A DNA stretch of 64,000 bases from NCBI RefSeq assembly GCF_009914755.1, contig NC_060930.1; one strand, written 5' to 3'. A model generated the notes under the pieces. That model ran no database searches. It was not told the origin of the DNA and worked only from the letters and a program-made list of their open reading frames with translations. A program made the translations under genes and the position numbers. Origin of the DNA: the human T2T-CHM13v2.0 reference genome, Homo sapiens. Shown here piece by piece: positions 31,715 to 44,159 of this stretch (within the stretch, counting starts at the first letter, position 1; each line of letters opens with the position of its first letter).

Positions 31715-33425
31715 TGAGACCTCTATATTTTGCCATATACAAAAGTTAAAATCAATTGAAGACTTAAATCTAAGACTTCAAACTATAGAACTATTACAAG
31801 AAAACATTGGGGGAACTCCCAAGGACACTGAGTTGGTTGAAAACTTTTTGAGAAATACCTCACAGGCACGGGCAATCAAAACAAACACGGACAAATGGGA
31901 TTACATTAAGTTAAGAAGACTATGCACAGCAAAGGAAACAATCAACAAAGTGAAGACACAACTCACAGAATGGGGGACAATATTTGCAAACTACCTACCT
32001 GACAAGATATTAAAAACCAGAATGTATAAGGAGCTCAACTCTATAGGAAAAATGCTAATAATCTGATTTAAATGGGCAAAAGATATGAATTGACATTTCT
32101 AAAAAGAAGATATAAAAATAGCAAAGAGGCATATGAAAAGGTGCTCAGCACCACTGATCATCAAAGAAGTAAAAATGAAAACTACAGTAGGGTATTATCT
32201 CACCCCAGTTAAAATGGCTTTTACTCAAATGATAGGCGATGACAAATGCTAGTGAGGATGTGGAGAAAAGAAACCTGTACACTTGGTGGGTGGATTTGTC
32301 TGTTCTCACCCTGCTAATAAAGATATACCTGAGACTGGGTAATTTAGAAGGGAAAGAGGTTTAATGGACTCACAGTTCCACATGGCTGGGGATGCCTCAC
32401 AATCATGGCAGAAGTCAAAAGAGCAGCAAAGTCACGTCTTACATGGATGGTGGCAGGCAAGAGAAGAGAACTTGTACAAGGAAATTCTCCTTTGTAAAAC
32501 CATCGGATCTCATGAAACTTACTATCACAAAAAAATCTCACGGGAAAAAAATCTCACCCATGAGTCAATTACCTCTTACTAGGTCCCTCCCACGACATGT
32601 GGGAATTGTGAAAGCTATAATTCAAGATGAGATTTGGGTGGGGACACAGCCAAACCATATCATGGGAATGTATATTGGTATTAGTACAACCACTGTGGAG
32701 AACAGTTTTGGGGGTTCCTCAAAGAACTAAAAATAGAGCTACTATATGATCCAGCGATCCCACTGCTAGGTACATACCCAAAAGAAAGGAAATCTGTATA
32801 CTGAAGGGATATCTATACTCCCATGTTGGTTGCACACCTGTTCACAATAGCCAAGATCTGGAAGCCCCCTAAATGTATGTCAACAGATGAATAGACAAAA
32901 TGTGGTACATATACGCAATGGAGTACTTACTATTCAGCCATAAAAAGGGAATGAAATACTGTCATTTGCAACAATATAGATGGAACTAGAGATCATTATG
33001 TTGTGACAGACACAGAAAGACAAACTTTGCTTGTTCTAATTTTTTTGTGGGAACTAAAATTTTTAAACAATTGACCTCATGGAGATAGACAGTAGACGGA
33101 CGGTTATCAGAGGCTGGAAAGAAAAGTAGGAGAGTGGAGGGAAGTGGGGATTAATGATGGGTACAAAAAGTATTAGAAAGAATGAATAAGATCTAGTGTT
33201 TGATAGCATAACAGGGTAGCTGCAGTCAAAATAATTAAATTGTGCATTTAAAAATAACTAAAAGACTATAATTGGATTGTTTGTAACACAAAAGATAAAT
33301 GTTTGAGGGAATGGATACCCTATTTGCCATGATGTGATTATTATGCATTGAATGCCTGTATCAAAGTATACCATGTACATCATAAATATATACACTACTA
33401 TGTACCCCCCAAAATAAAAAGTAAA
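31715..33425 (+). mobile_element. L1MA 3' portion
   Basis: ORF2 C-terminal remnants (ORF 31833..32066) and L1MA 3'UTR. Confidence 0.9.
32291..32662 (-). mobile_element. THE1 MaLR LTR inserted in L1MA
   Basis: ctgctaataaagatatacctgagactgggtaattt...gggacacagccaaaccatatca. Confidence 0.9.
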
Positions 33426-33482
33426 TATTCACCATCTACACAATGTAGTTCTTTCCAATTCATTAGGAGCAAAAATAAGTGT

Positions 33483-33485
<3 letters not shown>

Positions 33486-33532
<47 letters not shown>
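33486..33532. repeat. (TA)n microsatellite
   Basis: Pure run. Confidence 0.98.
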
Positions 33533-33540
<8 letters not shown>

Positions 33541-33973
33541 TTTCTGTACTTTCAAAACGATCTGTAAAACATAATTGAAAATCTATTCAAAATCCCAGAG
33601 GCTGAATTGGTGTGACAATTTGGATATAGTTGGAAATTTTAAATGAATTAGTTTGATGATAGGACTAAGTTTCATTGTTTCAATATTTACAAAGTATGTG
33701 AATTCAGAGAAGTTATTTAGTCTTTCTAAACAGACTGCTTTTTTCTATTTTAAACAAGGGAAATCATAGCCCCTAACTCACAAGACAGAGGTAAAATTTA
33801 GTAAGATGATCCATGTATAATCAAACTAGTCACAATAACTCACATGCAACAAATGCCAACTCTTATGACTATTATCTTTTTGTTCTGTTTTTAGCAGAAG
33901 AGGTTTTTCCAATAGTACCAATAAGATCTCAATTATGAAAATGATTGTTATGTGTCATAATGGCAAAACATAC

Positions 33974-34063
33974 CTGCTGTCAAAATATTAACTCTTCAAA
34001 ACATTATAGAAGATAAATTCTTCATGTGCCTACGACTGAGAAAACATGGAGGTTTGAAGGAAG
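33974..34063 (-). pseudogene. FN3 C-half pseudo-exon (90 nt)
   Basis: Acceptor tttttcttag|, donor cag|gtatgt; LPSNLHVFSVVGT / fs / MKNLSSIMF*RVNILTA. Confidence 0.55.
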
Positions 34064-34141
34064 CTAAGAAAAACTAATTTTATTAGATTAACTGGATATC
34101 TGTATTATTTTCCTTTTACTTCAGAAATCTGCTTAGCCAAC

Positions 34142-34296
34142 TATATTTTATTGTTTATTTAAGCTCTGTTTGCCAACTTTTTCTTCTGGAAGAGAATTTT
34201 CTTGGTTTAAGCCTGACAGTGTCATTCTCTTTTTCTAAAATAAATATACTCCTTTATAATTCAAATTTAGAAGGTGGATCACATGTCCAGGGATAG
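34142..34296 (-). pseudogene. FN3 N-half pseudo-exon
   Basis: Acceptor actttttcag|; IPGHVIHLLNLNYKGVYLF*KKR (TAG at the Trp position); donor uncertain. Confidence 0.5.
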
Positions 34297-35849
34297 CTGA
34301 AAAAGTTTCATTTTTAATAATTAAAGCATGACTTTGTCAGCAGACAGTGATAAAAGCATAATCTGTGAAAAGGAAAAGTTTACGTTTTCTTCTTAAAACT
34401 GTAGTAATAAAACCTTTTTACTTGGTGACTTAAATCCCATAATTTTATGGGTGTTTAATTATGTAATATTAATGCAGAAAGCCTCTTATAGGTTAATAAG
34501 GAAAGAGCGACCAAGTGAGATTTCAGAGTTTTATTTATTTATTTATTTATTTTAAATAAAGGTTGGAGACTTAAGGTTTTACTGTTTACATAACTATCTT
34601 TACTCTACTTAAGATGAAGATATCACCCAAAAGAGTGGAGCAACACCTTTTTATTTTAAAAGCTCTGCTTTTTTCATTGCTTATGGCAAAACATATTTGA
34701 AGAAACCATACTGATTTTTATAATTCCAAATCACTTCACACTCAATAAATTATAATTTTAATGATTTTATAAAATGCTTTTGAATTTATGATCATCCCAT
34801 ATAAACATGTCTAACTTTTGTTTTTCCCTCTTTTAAATTTACTTTTCATTTCTAATTTTTTTTTAAATTTTTGTAGGTACATAGTAGATGTATGTATTTT
34901 GGGGGTGCATTAGATATTTTGGTATAGCACTCAAAATAAAATATCTCTAATATGAATTCAAATGATTCCAAAAGATGATTTTGATGAAAATTAAAATAAA
35001 TTAAATATGCTAAAATAAAATTAAGAGCAATCATTCAATTGATTTAGTTCGAGACAAATTTAAAGACTTTTTAAAAATAAGAACTTGAATCTCCCACCAA
35101 TGCATATCATGCAATTTTAAAATATTTAAGACCTGTCAGCACTATTATTTTTAAATGTTATATATAAATCTCATAATCTTCCTACTCTAATATTATGCAT
35201 GATTTTATCCTAGGAGATCTAACAAAGATGTACCATTGATGAAGATTATTTACTCCAAACTATTCCTTTTACAGACATTACAATGGAGGGTACAAAATCA
35301 ATGTGACATGAAGAACCTAAACAATTGTCTCTATATTGATCTATGGGAGAAAAACATTTGCCATTTGTTTGTTTTTACTTTTATTTCATCCTCTTTTTCA
35401 TTCTGTTTTGATTTATTTTATGTGGTGAAACTTCTAGCAATACGGTACATTGTTAAAAGGCATAAATAAATATACATATATTTAGAGGGTACACACTGAA
35501 AAAAAATTAGCAGATAGAGATACATAATATAAAATATTTGGAGATCCCCTAAACTCGACAATTATACTTTCATTTCGAGGAAAGCTTCACTTTAAAGGAG
35601 AGTAGATTATATTCTGATCTCTCTTTATCTCAGTTTTATTGCCATTTTCTTCTAGCTCCCAGCAAATGTCAATATTCTGCCCCATAAGGAGCTGAGGAGT
35701 CCCTTTAGTAGAGAAACCAAGCATTACTTTTTTGAGCTGTGATCTACAGTCCAAACTGACACATCAAACTCTTAACATCCCAAACTATATTTTTAGTACA
35801 GTTTCTGTTTAGAGTTATTTCATTTTAGGTTAGTAACCAGTCTGCCTAC

Positions 35850-36053
35850 CTGCATTTTGGCTCAGTGGCATACTCTTTAACGGAAGCAAAGATGTTTAGA
35901 ATAGAGGAGATTCTGGAAAATTAACATTGTTATTGTTGTTTTTCTGAATTTATGAAGTTATGTTCAGCATATATGGTTGGGAGAAGTGGGGTGCAGTGGC
36001 AGGGAGGCACTCCTTCCCACTAACATTTTCCACAAAAGTAAATCCGTTTTTAT
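35850..36053 (-). pseudogene. FN3-like pseudo-exon
   Basis: Acceptor ctaacattaacag|, donor cag|gtaggc; FTFVENVSG / RSASL / YMLNITS / TMLIFQNLL across frameshifts. Confidence 0.4.
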
Positions 36054-36516
36054 CTGTTAATGTTAGAAACTTCAAGTAAAATTTTATTTTAAGAACATGT
36101 TCCATTTATATATTTTATAAAACAAGGTTTTACCCAAATAAGCAACTCTAATTTGGCTCTATTTTCATGTTTTTTTTCTATTCCATATATGTATTTTTTC
36201 TAAATTTATAGTTTTTTCTCTTTAACATTAAAATATTGACTTTGATTATACACTCTAAAAAGTATATTTCCTGACTTCAAAAAATATGAATATGTGCAAT
36301 CTAGTTCACATTTGGGATTGTTTATATAGATCAAATAAGCCAAATGTTTTACTTCTCTTCACTAAACCTAAACTATCTTTTCTATAAAAGCAGCTAACTG
36401 TAAATAGCGAAATATACATGTTTTTCATGCCTAAATAATTTTACTATTTAATTGTAAATGTTTTTTGAGTATCATAAGTTAGTTACTATTTTCAAAGTTC
36501 TCTAGAAAAGGTCAAT

Positions 36517-36838
36517 TTTTTTTCTTTTCTTTTTCCTTTTTTTTTCTTTTTTTTCTTTTGGAGACAGAGTCTCGCTCTGTTGCCCAGGCTGGAGTGCAGT
36601 GGCAAGATCTCTGCTCACTGCAATCTCCGCCTCCTGAGTTCAAGGAGATTGCCTCAGCCTCCCAATTATCTGGGATTACAGGCACGTGCCACCATGCCCA
36701 GTTAATTTTTGTATTTTTAATAGAGATGGGGTTTCACCATGATGGCCAGGCTGGTCTCAAACTCCCAACCTCAGGCGATCTGCCTGCCTCAGCCTCCCAA
36801 AGTGCTGGGATTACAAGCATGTGCCACCTTGCCCGGCC
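36517..36838 (-). mobile_element. AluS
   Basis: T-tail and full Alu body. Confidence 0.95.
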
Positions 36839-37269
36839 ATTTTTTTTTTCTATAATGTGATGTGTTTAAAAATACAAAGCCAAAAATACAATGTAAATTC
36901 TATCAACAGAACATCTATTTTAGTTTTTTTATCATGAGTATATTAAAATAAGGCTGAATATTCTATTTATCTCAGAAATTATCCATCCTCAGAAACTATA
37001 TCTTCAATATTTAATAATGTGTCTTTTCTTCACTGTCTCTTCTTGCTGCTGCTAAACCTTGACTACCTTTTCCAAAAAGGCAAAAACTTTACAATCGTGT
37101 GGGACTGTTCTTTTTATCCTCATTTTTATGGATTAGCTAACTGAGAAAACAGGAATGAGAGGGCGTTCCCTGAGACTACAACAACTAAAAACTGTGAAAA
37201 CTGACATTCAAACCCAGATTGTCCAATTTAATATTAAATATAATTTTAAACTATGGCCTCCAATAAAAG

Positions 37270-37551
37270 TGTTGTACTTATGAATGTCTTCTAGGTCTTT
37301 TCCTATATTATACCTACATCTAAATGCTGTTGCAGGCAAAATAGTATTCTTTAAAAATACTATCGCTGTATTTGAAATTTAGTGACAGATATGTATAACT
37401 CGGAAGTCTGAGTCACTATAAAAGGTGACAATAGTTTACACAGTGAAGGTGTGAACCTCTGAAAAGCTGTGGAATTTATGGAGGTTTATAGATATAGCTT
37501 GGATTCATCTATTCGTAGCATTTTAAAAATTAGTTCTATGAAATATATCAC
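37270..37551 (-). pseudogene. Possible FN3-like pseudo-exon
   Basis: Strong acceptor atactctttacag|; ...SNTAIVFLKNTILPATAFRCRY; 4 stops; end uncertain. Confidence 0.3.
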
Positions 37552-37559
37552 CTGTAAAG

Positions 37560-38540
37560 AGTATATAAAATATAGATATACAACTAAAATGGTATTAAGT
37601 ATAGTATGCCCAATAATCTATACAGATTAAGAAATAAAGCATCGTAAATACCTTTGAGAAACTTGTATACTCTTTTCTATGAAATCTCCATTTTTCCCTA
37701 TGCAGACTTTTTGTTATTCTAAACTTAATTTTTCTCTTGTGCTACTTTGTATATTTACCACTGTGTGTGTATCCCCAAGTAGTATTTTGTTTATGTTTTT
37801 ATGGCACTTAGAGAAATGGAATAATACTGATCTTTATTCTCTTAGTTACTTCATTCATTGAGCATCATTTTTCTGATACTAAGACCTGTTAATGTATATT
37901 GCTGTACTTCATATCATATTGTAATATACCATAATTTACTTAATCATTCTCCTGCATCTGGACATTTAGGTTGCTTTCATTTTTTTTTGTAATTCCAAAA
38001 AATGGATTATGATTGTTCTTTAATGTCTCCTGGTGCACATTTGAAAATTGTCTCAATTATAATCTTGCAGTAAAATTGCTAGGTTTTAGGTATGCACATC
38101 TCCAACTTTGTTAGGTAGCAAAGTCATTGTGTTAATTTATCCTTACATTAGTAGTAGATAAGCATTCCTGTTGCTACAACATTCAATAAAAATGGAATTG
38201 GACATTTCACGTTTTCCTAATCCTGTGGAGTTTCACATTATCTTATTATCTTTGATTTTCTTGACTATTAAATATGTTAAATAACTTTCATATATTTACT
38301 AGTTATTAATGTTTTGTCTACTATGAAACATCTGCTTATGGCTTCTATTCTTTCCTGTTGGTTTCTTTATCCAATTCTTAACGATTTTTGTTCAGAAATT
38401 GTTTAAATGTTTTGGAAAATAAACCCTATCAGATGTATGAGTTGAAAATATCTTCTCACAATTATCTTATGGTATCCTTTTATGACAGAAATTCTTATTT
38501 TTTAATGATAATGTTGTTTCTATTTTCGTATTCTTGAAGA
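37560..38540 (-). mobile_element. L1ME-like 3' region
   Basis: taccataatttacttaatcattctcctgcatctggacatttaggttgc. Confidence 0.75.
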
Positions 38541-38795
38541 AGTAAAGACTTTTCAGCTTACATGTTGATCATAGTAGGGTATGAAATATATCCTCATATC
38601 CCACCAAGTGCTCCCGCTTTCTCTCAAAATTCATTTTTGTTCTCTCTGAAGTTGGGAATCAATAAATACACAAAGCAGCTGCCATAGTATTATATTTCTC
38701 ATGAGCCATTTCTAATAAATCAATTCTCCATCTTCTTTCCACTAACCGCTTACTTGTAAATGACTGTAAACTTTCTCCTTTCCTTCTTTGCTAAA

Positions 38796-39310
38796 TAGTT
38801 TTATTTTAAAAGTTTTTATACAAATTGTATGTATTTAAGAATATGTGACATGTTGAGGTATTTATACATAGTGAACTAAGTGCTACAGTCAAGCTAATTT
38901 ACATAGCTGTCTCTTCACAGGTGTGTGTGTGTGTGTGTGTGGTGTGAAGGCACTAAAGATCTACTCTAAGTATAAAAAGCACAAAATACAGTATTATCAA
39001 CTATAGTCACCATGCTGTTCTTAGCCCTGTAGAGCTTATTCATCCTACAAAACTTAAACTTTGACTCATATACCAACATCTTCCCATTTTCCTCACCCGT
39101 ACTTCTACCCTAGCCCTTGGTAACCACTATGCTATGCTCTGTTTTTGTGAATTCTGCTGTTTTAGAATTCACATGTAAGTAACATCATGCAATATTTTTC
39201 TTTCTGTGTCTGATTTATTTCACTTTTAAAAGAGAACGCTTGAACATTATTGGTGGGAATGTAAATTAGAACAGACATTCAGACATTATGGAATACACTA
39301 TGGAGGTTCC
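38796..39310 (-). mobile_element. 5'-inverted L1MA 3' fragment with TSD ttgctaaa
   Basis: Antisense 3'UTR 38796-39225; sense piece 39226-39310; TSD at 38788-38795 and 39311-39318. Confidence 0.7.
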
Positions 39311-39657
39311 TTGCTAAACGTCTTTAAAGAATAGTTTATCCTCAGTTCCCTAGCCAACACCATGTTTTTCTTCATTAAATCTTTGAAGTTTTGCTTCAGT
39401 TCCCAGCCTCTACCAAGCTTGTAAAAGTCACTAATTAAACTACTGCTTTTTTGGGAAATATATTAGCCTTTTCTTACACCCCCAACTTCAGTCACTATAG
39501 GTCTTTGTAAGGCATTTGATGCTGTGTAGCAATCATACCTTAAGGTTTCCATGGCAAGGAGTTTTTCTCCTTTATTCGTTCCTGTTCTTCCTCTATTTCT
39601 CTGGAACTGCCGTGTAACCATTTAGGGCCTTATTTCTTCTATTCAGATTTTATATAT

Positions 39658-39987
39658 ACAACCATGTGTCACTTCACAACAGGCGAACTTTCTGAAGAAT
39701 GCATTATTAGGCAATTTTATCATTGTGTGAAAATCATAGAGTCTGCTTACACAAACTAAATGGTATAGCCAATTACACACCTAGGCGTATGATATAGCCT
39801 ATTGCTCCTGGGCTGCAAACCCATACAGCATGCTACTCTACTGAATACTGTAGGCAATTGTAGTACAATTTATGTATTTGTTTATCTCAACATAAAAAAG
39901 CTACAAAAATAATATGGTGTTATGGGACCTATATAATTTATGTGGTTCATCATTGAATAAAACATCATTAGACAGCATATAACAATA
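39658..39987 (+). mobile_element. Tigger3a/MER7-like MITE
   Basis: catcatagagtctgcttacacaaac...atagcctattgctcctgggctgcaaaccc. Confidence 0.85.
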
Positions 39988-40499
39988 GTAATTACGTGAG
40001 GATTAGTCTTTGCTCCTATTCTCCTCTCTTTCAACATTGTAATTTCTTTGGAAATATACTCATTTGGCGTTACATGTCAGTCTTTATAATTATAACATAT
40101 AGAGAAGTTTTTGGCACATAGAAGCAATAAATAAATGTTAATTTAATAAATGAATAAATGGATATTGGATTTCTCTATCTCTAATCCTGACTTCCTGCTT
40201 TAATTGAAAACAGATGCTTTTATCTGCTTGTTTGAATTTCTACACAGAAATCTCAAACTAATTAATCAATATACCATCCTCCCTAACCTCCTTTTTCTCA
40301 TAACTTAGCTGTGGAAACCACAATTATGGTAATTACATTGAGTCAAATGAAAATCAGAACTCAGAATTTTACAGATGCACTGGTATTCAGGAGAGCTATC
40401 TGAAAGACAATTTTAAATTAGAACTAAAATAAATTCATTTAATTCTCCCCCCAAAAAAGCCTATCTCTTATTTTGCTGAGCTACAAGAAAGCAAAGGAA

Positions 40500-40652
40500 C
40501 ACGGTCAGCTTGAAAAGTTCTTGACATTGTTCAGAAATAAACATAGGATTATACAACTCTGACATACAAATGATTCCCACAAAATATTTATATAAATTTA
40601 CAATTTAACCCTTTCATTATTTTAATGTGATAAACTGCCTTGCATAATTTCT
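40500..40652 (-). pseudogene. Possible FN3-like pseudo-exon
   Basis: Acceptor ttgttttattttattag|; AVYHIKIMKGLNCKFI*IFCGNHLYVRVV*SYVYF*TMSRTFQ. Confidence 0.3.
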
Positions 40653-41278
40653 CTAATAAAATAAAACAAGATGTTACTCTTTTCAACCTAGACAGGTTTT
40701 AGCCCTTTCACTTTGCTGTGTATTTTAATAAAATAATAAAGATAAAACACTTTCAAAATAACCATTTTAAAAATTATTTAGTGAATTCTCAATTATTCAT
40801 TTTTCTAGTAGTCCTGAATCTAGAAAAGTCTAAGATAAGCATTTAATAAATATGACGTTAATACACATTAATGAAATTTTTCAATGCAATTGTTTTTTGC
40901 AGAAGTTATTATTCAAAAGCAACCTTCATAATTGATTGTAGAAGCATACTAGTGAGAACATTTTTATTTGGCCTTGACATTGTCTCAGACATCTCTCTAA
41001 TGTTTTATCCTCATCTATCTATCTAAAAGTCAGGTCATAGGCATATCTCTCAGATCACACATGTTTCTAGATGAAAAGAAAATGTTATTGATATCTTGAT
41101 CTATTAGTCCCGTATCATATGATAACATCCTAAATTTTTTTCTATCACTGGTCTTATCCTCCTTTGATTTTCCAATTTTGAGCATACTGTGCAGCACATG
41201 GTATATACTCAATAGGATTTCAATGACCTAAATTGAATATCCTAAACCAGACTTCTTTCTTTTCCTATATGTCTATTA

Positions 41279-41365
41279 AGTAAAATGCTTGTTTCCAATT
41301 TTATGGAACACTCCTCTCCTCCAATAATTCAGATATGATTGGTAAATGTAAATCATGTACCACTT
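41279..41365 (-). pseudogene. 3' half of the FN3 exon starting at 50309
   Basis: KWYMIYIYQSYLNYWRRGVFHKIGNKHFT (tail of ORF 41276..41485). Confidence 0.4.
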
Positions 41366-42488
41366 TATTTTTACTTTTAGAGAATGTTTATATGTTGGCT
41401 TAATTTCACATTTACAGAAAGTTACAAGAATACTATCAATAATAATATGATGAAGTATATACTCAGAATCCTGCATTGTTAACATATTATCATATATGCT
41501 TTGTTAGTTCCTATCTCTCTCTGTTTATAATTTTTTCTGAATTATTTGAGGTTAAGTTGTAAATATGATGCTCCTAATATACCAAAGTGTTTTTCTGAAA
41601 AACCAATATGTTTTCCTGCACAATGATCAATACCAGAAAATGAAGAATGATACAATAATAGTATCTGATGTATAAACTTTATTAAGTTTCTGCAATTGTA
41701 CAATTATCTTTATACTGAACCAATACCCTGACTAATATATTGAATTTAATTTTCATGTCCCTTTATTTTCCTTTCATATGTAACACTTAATTCAGTCTTA
41801 TTTTGTTTTTCATTATGCTTCTTTTTTTGAGTAGTATAATCCAGGTATTTTTAGTAGGTCCATTAATTTGGATTTGTGTGAAGTTCTTCATAAATGGATT
41901 CAGATCATATATCTTTGGCAGGAATATCATGGAAGTCATGTTTTTCTCCTTGCATCCTGCCACGTAACACATGGTTTCAATTTGACCCACTGCCAGTGAA
42001 GTTAATTTTGATCACTTGATAAATGTGGCTCTACAGCCTCCTCCAATGAAAAATTACAATTTGTTTCTTTTGATTAATTGATTATTTCATGGAAAGTTAC
42101 TTTGATATTAGGCAAAATCCTGATACTCAAATATTACACCAGTAATTGTCCTTTGATGATTCTTATATAAATCAAGTATTATCGTGATAGTTGTCAAATA
42201 GTGGTTTGCTAATGCGATCATTTCTTCTACATTTAATTATTGGCTTTATACTTTAAATATGAGATTCCTCACATTTATGTTTATTATTTAATAATATTGG
42301 TATGGACACAATGATTTTTTATTCAGTGGGTTATAATCCATTACCTTTATTATCATTATTTATATCGATATTTAATTTCTCCTAAATTTGGCCACAGGGA
42401 ATCCCATTAAGCTGGTTTTTTGGCATACCAAAATATTATATTACGTTTGTGTATATTTATGTGTTTTATATATATATGTGTATACATA

Positions 42489-42794
42489 TTTTTTTTTTAT
42501 TTTTATTTTTTTTTGAGATGCAGTTTCTCACTGTCACCCAGACTGGAGTGCAGTGGTGATCTCTGCTCACTGTAACTTCTGCCTCCCAGGTTCCAGTGAT
42601 TCTACAGCCTCAGCCTCCTGAGTAGCCTGGGATTACAGGCGCCCGCCACCATGCCTAGCTAATTTTTTGAATTTTTAGTAGAGACAGGGCTTCACTATGT
42701 TGGCCAGGCTGATCTCGAACTCCTGACTTCATGATCTGCCCACCTCGGCCTCCCAAAGTACTGGGATTACAGGCTTGAGCCACCATGCCCAGCC
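42489..42794 (-). mobile_element. AluS
   Basis: Full Alu. Confidence 0.95.
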
Positions 42795-43070
42795 TATTTA
42801 TAATATATTTTATGCATATATTAATGTATACATGTTTATAAACATATATTTGTAATATGCATATAAACGTATATTATAAAATAGTTGTGTGTGTGTATAT
42901 ATAATTTTACATTTCTTTATATCCTTGCCTTACAACATTATTGAATGTTCATTCCTAGCCCCAGCTCTGAAGTAAACTATATTTATTCAAGGTACCCTGG
43001 TTCCTTTTAGTTCAAAATAATATTTAGAAACAAAGACCTGTATGCTAGAAGAATTTTATGTCTCTAGGAA

Positions 43071-43071
<1 letters not shown>

Positions 43072-43117
<46 letters not shown>
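43072..43117. repeat. (TG)n microsatellite
   Basis: Pure run. Confidence 0.98.
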
Positions 43118-43119
<2 letters not shown>

Positions 43120-43159
43120 TGTGGTATGTATGTGTGTTTATATATATTTCTGTGTATAT

Positions 43160-43461
43160 TTCTTTCTTTTTTTTTTTTTTTTTGAGATTGAGTCTTGCAC
43201 TGTCACCCGGGCTGGAGTGCAGTGGCAATCTTGGCTCACTGCAATTTCCACCTCTCCGATTTAAGTGATTCTCCTGCCTCAGCCTCCTGGGTAGCTGGGA
43301 TTACAGGCGTCTACCACCATGCCTGGCTAATTTTTTGTATTTTTAGTAAAGACAGGATTTCACTATGTTGACCAGGCTGGTCTTGAACTCCTGACCTCGT
43401 GATCCACCCACCTCTGCCTCCCAAAGTGCTTGGATTACAGGTGTGAGCCACCGCACCCGGC
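43160..43461 (-). mobile_element. AluS
   Basis: Full Alu. Confidence 0.95.
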
Positions 43462-43548
43462 TATATCTGTATTTATTTCTATACTTACAGAAATATATAT
43501 TTAAAATATAAGTTCATATTAATTACTCCAATTCAAATGCAATAACAA

Positions 43549-43687
43549 GCCTGGGAGGGTAGAGGGGAGGGGAGAGAAAGAGGAAAAACAAGAATATAAA
43601 TATTTTTCATAATGCTGAACTGTACATCTGAAAATGGTAAAGATGGTAAATTTTATATATATGTCAATATAAAAGTAAAAGAAAAAG
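43549..43687 (+). mobile_element. Short L1M 3'-end insertion with 15-bp TSD
   Basis: caaatgcaataacaa (43534-43548) / caaatgcagtaacaa (43688-43702); gaactgtacatctgaaaatggtaaagatggtaaatttt. Confidence 0.7.
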
Positions 43688-44159
43688 CAAATGCAGTAAC
43701 AATGCAATCTATGCTTCCCTTTTTCTATATAATAACTCCTCTTTTCTGACATTGAGAAACTTGTTCCCATGATTCACAATGTATTTACTTCCTCAATTCA
43801 AGAATATTAATAAAGTAGCCTCAGAGTACTAAAACATATGTGATGCCTGTGTGGATGTGTGATTCAGCAAGAGTTTCAGCTGCTGCACTTTAAAATCAAG
43901 TGTTATATTTGAACCAGGTCACACTTTCATTAGCTGTTTCCAGTCAATGGAACAGCTCATGAAACAGCTCATGAAATGAGCATTGCAGACTGAGCATTGC
44001 AGTGATACTAAGACAGAACTGTTCTTGGGAGAAAACGGACTCCTTTCTAACTTTGTTTCTAGCACTTCCCAATATCATTGCCAAATCTTTCTTAGACCAC
44101 AAAGCTGTCTAAGATGCTTGCGATGAGCTTTCTCTTTATTTATCCTTCAATAATGGTCA

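Larger units (their letters stand above)
41385..43840 (-). mobile_element. Old L1MC/ME 3' region with nested Alus
   Basis: tttacagaaagttacaagaatac; gttaattttgatcacttgataa. Confidence 0.7.
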
